NCBI RefSeq assembly: GCF_900079115.1
Contig: NZ_LT549890.1
Coordinates: 720,001 to 752,000, forward strand
DNA: 32,000 bases
DNA from: Saccharolobus solfataricus
Lineage (GTDB): Archaea; Thermoproteota; Thermoprotei_A; Sulfolobales; Sulfolobaceae
Direction of reading: 5' to 3'
Part shown: positions 27,202 through 32,000 of the stretch, piece after piece
Layout of the letters: the number at the start of each line of letters is the position of its first letter
Position numbering within the stretch: the first letter of the stretch is position 1
The notes under the pieces: model-generated
What the model was told of the DNA's origin: nothing
What the model saw: the letters and a program-made list of their open reading frames with translations, nothing else
Databases searched by the model: none
Program-made: the position numbers and the translations under genes

Positions 27202-27264
27202 AATGCTATACTTTGCTAGAGTCTATTAGTAAAGCTTTTATTAGTATGTATAGTATAGTTATAC

Positions 27265-27633
27265 ATGAGTTTTGGTTTTTATTATGCTGGAATAATTACC
27301 AAGGCAGACGCTATAAGGATTATTGACTTATTAAATAAAAAGGGTCTTTCTAAGTCGGAGATAGCAAACAGGATAGGAATAACTAGGAGTTCTATTTATC
27401 AGTGGATTTGGGATATTGTGAAAGATATAGACTATGAAAATAAAGTAAAACTTCTTGATTTATTTTATGAAATAGATAAATTCGAAGCTATAAATTTTAT
27501 AGAAGAAATACTAAAGGAGCATCTAAAAATTCTAGAAAAGGAAAAAGAGATAAATTTTAAGCCCACGATAAAAGTAGAAAAAATACTAGTTCCTGCTTCA
27601 ACTACAGTTCAATTAGGAGTTGTAGATTATTGA
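27265..27633 (+). CDS. Small helix-turn-helix DNA-binding protein
   Basis: 122 aa. GLSKSEIANRIGITRSSIYQWIWD is a classical HTH (helix, G-I turn, recognition helix). A BRE/TATA box aaagcttttattag is centred about 25 nt upstream of the ATG. Confidence 0.6.
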   Translation: MSFGFYYAGIITKADAIRIIDLLNKKGLSKSEIANRIGITRSSIYQWIWDIVKDIDYENKVKLLDLFYEIDKFEAINFIEEILKEHLKILEKEKEINFKPTIKVEKILVPASTTVQLGVVDY

Positions 27634-28178
27634 TCATAAAAAGCATAAGAATTTTGTTTAAGTTTTCCTATCCTTATACTTTAGACTTAAGGGACATGAT
27701 TAGAATCCTCAAGGACTTAAGCTACGTTATCTCTAGTAATTTACCATTAACTCCTCCAGGGTCTATGATATTAGGAAGTGTAACTGCATTAAAAGATGAT
27801 TTAATAGTAGAATTCAATAACATTACTGGTACTATAAGTTTCTTTATTCAATCCCTAGATAAAATAGACTTAGTTGAGGAAGACTTTAGCAGGATTGTTG
27901 GTAATTTAAACTTGGGCAAGATAGATTACATAGAATTATCATTAGAAATGATATTAAATGGAAAATTAAATTTAAATATAAACATGCTAGGAGGAGAAGT
28001 TGTAGGTCTGGAGGTATCGTCAGAGAGGAAGAACGTTAGAATCAACTCTTACATGGCAATGGCTAACTCCTATTCCGTGCTAATTACTTATAAATTAAAC
28101 GAAATTAAAGATCTAGATAAAGTCACTGAAGAAATAAAAAGAGATATTCAAGAACTTGAGAATAAAGGATTAAGATAA
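27630..28178 (+). CDS. Hypothetical protein, no family recognised; translationally coupled to the HTH gene
   Basis: 182 aa. Its TTG start overlaps the upstream TGA (TTGA at 27630..27633). It has no TM segments and no motif I can name, and its C-terminus is charged and coiled-coil-like (KVTEEIKRDIQELENKG). Confidence 0.5.
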   Translation: MIIKSIRILFKFSYPYTLDLRDMIRILKDLSYVISSNLPLTPPGSMILGSVTALKDDLIVEFNNITGTISFFIQSLDKIDLVEEDFSRIVGNLNLGKIDYIELSLEMILNGKLNLNINMLGGEVVGLEVSSERKNVRINSYMAMANSYSVLITYKLNEIKDLDKVTEEIKRDIQELENKGLR

Positions 28179-28404
28179 CTTATAAGATACTACGTCTACT
28201 CTTCCTAACGAGATAGTTTATCACAACTGAAGTAAGATCCATTACTTACTTCTTGCCCAAGTCTCGCAAATGACCCGACTGAGCTCTAAAAGAACTGTTA
28301 CATTAAATCTCTTAGACGCTATACTCCCTGCTACTGCAGTTAAGCTCATAAGTTACTACTAAAAGTCGGCAAAGCTTATTAGCTAGCGATAGAAATCTAT
28401 CTTT

Positions 28405-28809
28405 ATGAATGAATATATTGCCAGATATGTTGTATCTAAGGATCATAGAATAATCGGGGTGATAAATACTAGGTACACGGCAAATAACGACGATGAGAGT
28501 ATTAAAATTGCTAAATCCGTTTGTGAGAAGTTAGGTGAAGAAGACATTGAAGAACTAATAATAGGAAAGGTAATAGGTACAGTGAGCGTAGACGTAATAG
28601 GTAACTTATTAGGAAAGTCCGATGATGACAAATTGCTCGGAACCATAGCTGGTGCAATAGTAGGCACATTAGTTGGTCACGCTATAGATTCTACAATAAC
28701 TAAAGTAATATACTCCAAAAAGTATCCTTGTATCAAGCCTAGGCCTTTTGAAGATATTGTTAATTATGTTGACCTCGAAAGATTAGAAGAGATAGTTAAT
28801 GAACGTTGA
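28405..28809 (+). CDS. Small protein with two glycine-zipper segments
   Basis: 134 aa. IIGKVIGTVSVDVIGNLLG and LLGTIAGAIVGTLVGHAI (GxxxGxxxGxxxG) lie between a soluble N-terminal ~50 aa and a charged C-terminus. A BRE/TATA box aaagcttattagc is centred about 28 nt upstream of the ATG. Confidence 0.55.
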   Translation: MNEYIARYVVSKDHRIIGVINTRYTANNDDESIKIAKSVCEKLGEEDIEELIIGKVIGTVSVDVIGNLLGKSDDDKLLGTIAGAIVGTLVGHAIDSTITKVIYSKKYPCIKPRPFEDIVNYVDLERLEEIVNER

Positions 28810-28850
28810 CGAGCTTATCAATTTATGTAATAGTTACAGTCTGACTTCCT

Positions 28851-29010
28851 TATATAAAACATATTAGTCAGATCTGAGTAATACAGATCTGACTGGGGTG
28901 TAGGCCGTTGACTCCCTTGAGCTTAAAGCTCGACTGGGAGCTTGGCCAACCTCCAAATTCGGACCGGAAGTTGGGCAAAAAGCCCGAATAAAACATAAGG
29001 GTGAATACAC
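28851..29010 (+). ncRNA. Candidate bridge-RNA-coding left end of the IS110 element
   Basis: This 160-nt non-coding leader has several hairpins: gtcagatctg-agtaata-cagatctgac, gagct-taa-agctc and gggc-aaaaa-gccc. Two 8-nt segments, GGGAGCTT (28936..28943) and ACCGGAAG (28963..28970), match the element's right junction ACCGGAAGCTCCC (30027..30039) in antisense and sense. The RNA itself is inferred, not observed. Confidence 0.4.
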
Positions 29011-29961
29011 ATGGAGGCCCCAGTTGCAGGGATAGATGTATCAAAAGATAAACTAATAGTATATTTTCAAGGTAAATTCTACGAATTTCCTAACGATAAG
29101 CAAGGTTTTGAGGAAGTGAAGAAAGTCCTGCCAAGAGGTTGTAAAGTAGGTATTGAGAGTACCGGAGTTTACCACGTTAACCTTGCCAAGTGCTTGATGA
29201 ATGAGTATGAGGTGAGGGTTATTAATCCCTTGGTAATCAAGAAGTTCAAGGATTTTAGGGGTAAGAAGAGTGACAAGAATGATGCTAAAAAACTCGCTGA
29301 ACTAGTTGTTAATATGGGTAGTGAGTTTACGTTAAGTGATGCTAGGGAGTTGACGAGTCAATGGGATTTTATCGTTAAGAGTATTGTTAGGGTTAAGAAC
29401 AGGTTGAGGAGGGACTTAATCCTCTTGGGTTATAGTGATAGCTTGTCTAGGAAGAATTTGAGTGAAGTATTGGAGGGTGGGGATAATATTATCTTGTCTG
29501 AGGTTAAGTTTCTTTTGGATGAGTTGGAGAGGCTTGAGGCTAGGAAGAGGGAGGTTGAGAAGAGGCTTGAGGATGTTGTTCCTAGGGATAGTTTGATCTT
29601 TACTATACCGGGTATTGGGAAGACGCTGGGTTTGATAATTTTGGCGAGGGTAGGTGATGTTAGGCGTTTTGATGATAAGAGGAAGTTTGTGGCTTATTGT
29701 GGTCTTGATCCTGTTGTTGAGTCCAGTGGGGGGAGTGTTGTGTCGCGAGGTATCTCAAGGAGGGGTGATGCTGTTTTGAGGAGGGCTTTCTATCTTGCAG
29801 CTTTGACTGCTATCAAGGTTAATCCGGTGATCAAGCGTTTTTATGAGGAGCATAAGGGTAGGTTAAAGGGTAAGAAGTTGATTGTTGCATGTGCTAGGAA
29901 GTTAGCTGTTATTACTTGGGCTGTGCTGTATTATAATAAGCCCTTTGATGCTAGTGAGTAA
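29011..29961 (+). CDS. IS110-family DEDD transposase/recombinase
   Basis: 316 aa. The N-terminal RuvC-like DEDD motifs are AGIDVSKDKL, GIESTGVYH and KSDKNDA. The C-terminal domain has the helix-hairpin-helix TIPGIGKT and SSGGSVVSRGISRRGDAVLRRAFY. Confidence 0.9.
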   Translation: MEAPVAGIDVSKDKLIVYFQGKFYEFPNDKQGFEEVKKVLPRGCKVGIESTGVYHVNLAKCLMNEYEVRVINPLVIKKFKDFRGKKSDKNDAKKLAELVVNMGSEFTLSDARELTSQWDFIVKSIVRVKNRLRRDLILLGYSDSLSRKNLSEVLEGGDNIILSEVKFLLDELERLEARKREVEKRLEDVVPRDSLIFTIPGIGKTLGLIILARVGDVRRFDDKRKFVAYCGLDPVVESSGGSVVSRGISRRGDAVLRRAFYLAALTAIKVNPVIKRFYEEHKGRLKGKKLIVACARKLAVITWAVLYYNKPFDASE

Positions 29962-30256
29962 AGCAGGTTTCATCACTTGCGTAAGTAGTGTGGACTATGC
30001 TCGATTTTTCATGGAAAGGTTTTTATACCGGAAGCTCCCCGCCCTAAACGGTAGACCCAAAATCATATTAGAAAAAATATTTCTGGTGGGATAATATCGA
30101 TTCATGATAGATAAAGCAATTTATATGAGTATTAAGAATTCAGTTGAAGAAAGGTTTAAGGTGAGGGAGATGTGGTATTACCACGTGAGTAAGTGAGATG
30201 GTAACACCAGTACTCCCTCACCGAACATTCAACAAATAGGATATAAATTACTTTCC

Positions 30257-30346
30257 ATGCTGAACTTCAAGGGAAAGAAAGGGGAAGAGGTGGCGAGAAC
30301 CCTCATCTCAGCGTGTTTATGGAACGATTCGGTGGAAAGCAAGTCG
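30257..30346 (+). pseudogene. Possible 5' piece of a gene interrupted by the IS5-family element
   Basis: ATG 30257 gives MLNFKGKKGEEVARTLISACLWNDSVESKS and runs straight into the IS terminus at 30347. The link to the ORF after the IS is unproven because the frames differ by 2 nt and no target duplication is visible. Confidence 0.3.
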
Positions 30347-31634
30347 AGAGAGTGTCCCAAGCGCAAATAATTGAATAAATATAGTATGATAGAAAAATAA
30401 TTTTATAATTAATTAAGAATAAAATATAATTATATCTTTCAGTATAACGAGAGATTAAGCTTATATTGTAATGGAAAATAATCAAGTATAGAGAAAAACA
30501 GAATTTCCAACATAGTCCACACTACCTTGATCAACTCTCGCGGTACAAGTTAGTGGGCGAGTTGACTCTCCGGAACACGCGATAACACAGAAGTGTAGAT
30601 GTAGGAGTTGTAAATCAACGCGATAACGTAGACAAAGAACTCGACCATACCCTTTTCAGTAGCGTAAGGCCTCCAATACCTCCTCAAGAAGATCCCAAAG
30701 AACTCCACATACCTCCTGAAACTAGAGAAACCTATCAACCAGGTCGAGGACTTCCCCACGAAGCCCCTATCCACTACCTTATAACCGCTGCGAGAGAAGC
30801 CAACCTTATTGTCCGGAAAATTGGCCAGTTCCACTTGAATCTCGTGAACTATCATTGTTGGCGACATGAGGTTGAAGACCTTGAAGCCGAAGTAACTCCT
30901 GTTCCTCTTCTTTGTAAACTCTCCCTTGAACCTCCTCCTCGCTTTGCACTTAATGTAAAAGAAGAGCGTGTTAGCCGCCTCCCTGTACTTCCTCTGCCTT
31001 AGGTCTAGCTCAAACTTCTTCTTCAATGTTTCCTTGTTCCTCTTCCCGAAGGGTACCTCGATTAGGAAGGAATCCACGATCCACAGCTTTCCAACCTTTC
31101 CGTATAACGCACTGCTAGGTAAGTAGTCGGCAAGTCTACTCATCTTCCCCTCCAACTCCTTGGCGTACTCCTTGAACAGAGTCTTTACCTCTCCCCTAAA
31201 TTTCTTTGCCCTCCTATGGATCTCCGACTTAGACTTGTACTCGCCTAGGAACCACCTTACCACCACGTCTGACTCGTAGTAGCTCCGCACGTCCCTGTAG
31301 GAGCACGTCCACACAATCATTACTATTAACGCTCTCAATATGAAGAGGTCAGAGAGACGCGACAGCACTTCAGACGTGATCAGCATGTAGTTCATTTTCA
31401 CAAGTGTTTTATGCCTTGCTGATAAATGTTCATAGGGAACCGGGCCGTTGTAGTATTCTATCCAATGCTTCATGTGAATCGGTACTACATCGTCCCGGTT
31501 CCCTTTAAGTATTACGCGACTTTTTGCTTCAAGCGAAAATTCAAAATTTCTCAGTAATTCACGATATCTTTTGAATTATTATCTATAAACCTTTACATAG
31601 ATTTATTCAATTATTTGCACTTGGGACACTCTCT
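30347..31634 (-). mobile_element. IS5-family insertion sequence, 1288 bp, with 34-bp terminal inverted repeats (ISC1290-like by size; name unverified)
   Basis: The left end AGAGAGTGTCCCAAGCGCAAATAATTGAATAAAT (30347..30380) matches the reverse complement of the right end AGAGAGTGTCCCAAGTGCAAATAATTGAATAAAT (31601..31634) at 33 of 34 positions. It holds a single transposase ORF. Confidence 0.85.
30550..31473 (-). CDS. DDE transposase, IS5-family type
   Basis: 307 aa. The candidate DDE residues lie in WIVDSFLIEV, YKVVDRGFVGKS and SFRRYVEFFGIFLRRYWRPY. The last resembles the Y-x-x-R-x-x-x-E-x-x-F-x-x-L-K-R block of IS5/IS4-type enzymes. Confidence 0.75.
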   Translation of the reverse strand: MKHWIEYYNGPVPYEHLSARHKTLVKMNYMLITSEVLSRLSDLFILRALIVMIVWTCSYRDVRSYYESDVVVRWFLGEYKSKSEIHRRAKKFRGEVKTLFKEYAKELEGKMSRLADYLPSSALYGKVGKLWIVDSFLIEVPFGKRNKETLKKKFELDLRQRKYREAANTLFFYIKCKARRRFKGEFTKKRNRSYFGFKVFNLMSPTMIVHEIQVELANFPDNKVGFSRSGYKVVDRGFVGKSSTWLIGFSSFRRYVEFFGIFLRRYWRPYATEKGMVEFFVYVIALIYNSYIYTSVLSRVPESQLAH

Positions 31635-31636
31635 TG

Positions 31637-32000
31637 AAAGGACAGATAGAACCTGGGAGGGCGATCCATTCAAAAAGTTCGACTTCTATATTCCTAAATA
31701 TAATTTATATTTAGACGTTACTGGTACATCATTCACCAAATCAGAGAGTATAAAAAGGGCGCATATGCTGCAATTGAGAGGAGCAATAATCGCTATTCTG
31801 GGCATAAAAGTTTCGGTGGCAGAAATACTTGCTGCGAAAGGCTATAGAACTGCTTTTGCTAATGTTGCAGAGAGAGAAGGTGAGATAAGGTTTATGCCAT
31901 ATTCTAGACTGAAGGTCTTAGAAAAGAATGGAAGGGCCATTATCGCCCAACCAGAAGAAATAGAGTTTGCGAAAGGCGAAAGAACGTATATACTCACAAG
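31637..32000 (+). CDS. Hypothetical protein, partial (continues beyond the right window edge); possible PD-(D/E)xK-like motif
   Basis: Absent from the ORF track because it is open at the edge. It reads ERTDRTWEGDPFKKFDFYIPKYNLYLDVTGTSFTKSESIKRAHMLQLRGAIIAILGIKVSVAEILAAKGYRTAFANVAEREGEIRFMPYSRLKVLEKNGRAIIAQPEEIEFAKGERTYILT. FDFYIP...LYLDVTGTSFTK loosely fits a D...(D/E)-x-K nuclease core. It begins directly at the IS boundary and has no start codon of its own. Confidence 0.45.

Larger units (their letters stand above)
28851..30036 (+). mobile_element. Intact IS110-family insertion sequence, ~1.19 kb (ISC1190-like by size; name unverified)
   Basis: The left boundary comes from where similarity to the decayed copy begins (CTGACTTCC; the upstream flanks differ). 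The right boundary is inferred at ...TATACCGGAAG-CT, because the following CC(C/T)CGCC belongs to the IS605 hairpin in the other copy. No terminal inverted repeats, as expected for IS110. Confidence 0.8.

Noticed and set aside
27231-28383. Near-identical promoter motifs AAAGCTTTTATTAG (27231..27244) and AAAGCTTATTAGC (28371..28383) inside the cassette, considered as evidence of a cassette-specific shared operator.
   Set aside because: The same AAAGCT(T/A)T..TA pattern precedes unrelated genes (16471 flippase, 21937 tnpB). It is simply the generic BRE/TATA consensus, so it supports the promoter calls but not a specific regulon.
30170-30232. Stem-loop with 10-bp perfect arms, GGTGAGGGAG-N43-CTCCCTCACC, plus an inner gtggt-att-accac hairpin between the IS110 and IS5 elements. 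I considered it as an ncRNA or a mini-MITE.
   Set aside because: A 10-bp inverted repeat within 60 nt is expected about once or twice per 32 kb by chance. It has no C/D or H/ACA boxes and no second copy in the window. It would be worth a look only if RNA-seq shows a transcript.
3566-30485. Other short ORFs nested antisense or out of frame inside longer genes: 3566..3781, 6358..6675, 7117..7305, 11592..11777, 13144..13332, 13824..14054, 15162..15362, 17422..17715, 18111..18461, 20127..20321, 20389..20700, 22444..22755, 25230..25466, 28443..28667 and 30303..30485.
   Set aside because: Each lies wholly within, or opposite to, a longer ORF or IS with clear family motifs. None has its own TATA-like box at the right spacing, and the translations are low-complexity.
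29985-30525. Perfect 15-nt inverted repeat, GTAGTGTGGACTATG at 29985..29999 (IS110 right subterminal region) and CATAGTCCACACTAC at 30511..30525 (inside the IS5-family element). I considered it as a link between the two elements.
   Set aside because: The expected number of 15-nt inverted matches within a 32-kb window is of order 0.5-1 (N^2/2 divided by 4^15). The similarity does not extend beyond the 15 nt, so it is probably coincidental.
10606-31634. Target-site duplications flanking the two MITE copies and the IS5-family element, including flanks swapped as expected after an inversion between the MITEs.
   Set aside because: The flanks are gctc/agat for MITE A, aacc/tata for MITE B and gtcg/tgaa for the IS. 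No 2-9-bp direct repeat is present in any pairing I tried, so no TSD is claimed.
1-32000. I looked for CRISPR arrays, tRNA or rRNA genes and C/D-box sRNAs.
   Set aside because: There are no regularly spaced direct repeats, no cloverleaf-compatible GC-rich ~75-nt segments, and no rRNA-like conserved stretches. I found no convincing RUGAUGA...CUGA box pairs by eye, but a proper scan (tRNAscan-SE, Infernal/Rfam) was not possible.

Overview
AT-rich archaeal accessory region that looks Sulfolobales-like: genes appear leaderless, with BRE/TATA elements about 25-28 nt upstream of start codons, and the insertion sequences are ISC-type. Positions 1-21000 form a surface-glycan or exopolysaccharide island. 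It holds four FkbM-family methyltransferase paralogues, GT4 and GT2 glycosyltransferases (three of five broken), a 760-aa polytopic membrane protein, a Wzx-like flippase and a sequon-rich secreted protein. It also holds an rmlC-rmlD-rmlA-rmlB dTDP-rhamnose operon in which three of the four genes carry single-base frameshifts. Positions 21000-32000 are a mobile-element patchwork: a TnpB-only IS200/IS605 element, one intact and one decayed IS110-family element in inverted orientation, an IS5-family element that probably interrupts a gene, and IS607-type remnants. Two ~547-bp MITE-like elements sit in inverted orientation at 10606 and 25928. Two things stand out. First, a very AT-rich four-gene cassette at 26620-28809 (HExxH peptidase, HTH protein, a translationally coupled unknown protein, a double glycine-zipper protein) lies between a MITE and the intact IS110; it is a candidate undescribed conflict or addiction module. 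Second, the IS110 left end contains bridge-RNA-like segments matching its own right junction, and both IS110 copies sit at the same CT-CC(C/T)CGCC site, which in one case is the right-end hairpin of the TnpB element. No rRNA, tRNA or CRISPR array was seen. All family assignments rest on motifs read by eye; no database search was possible.
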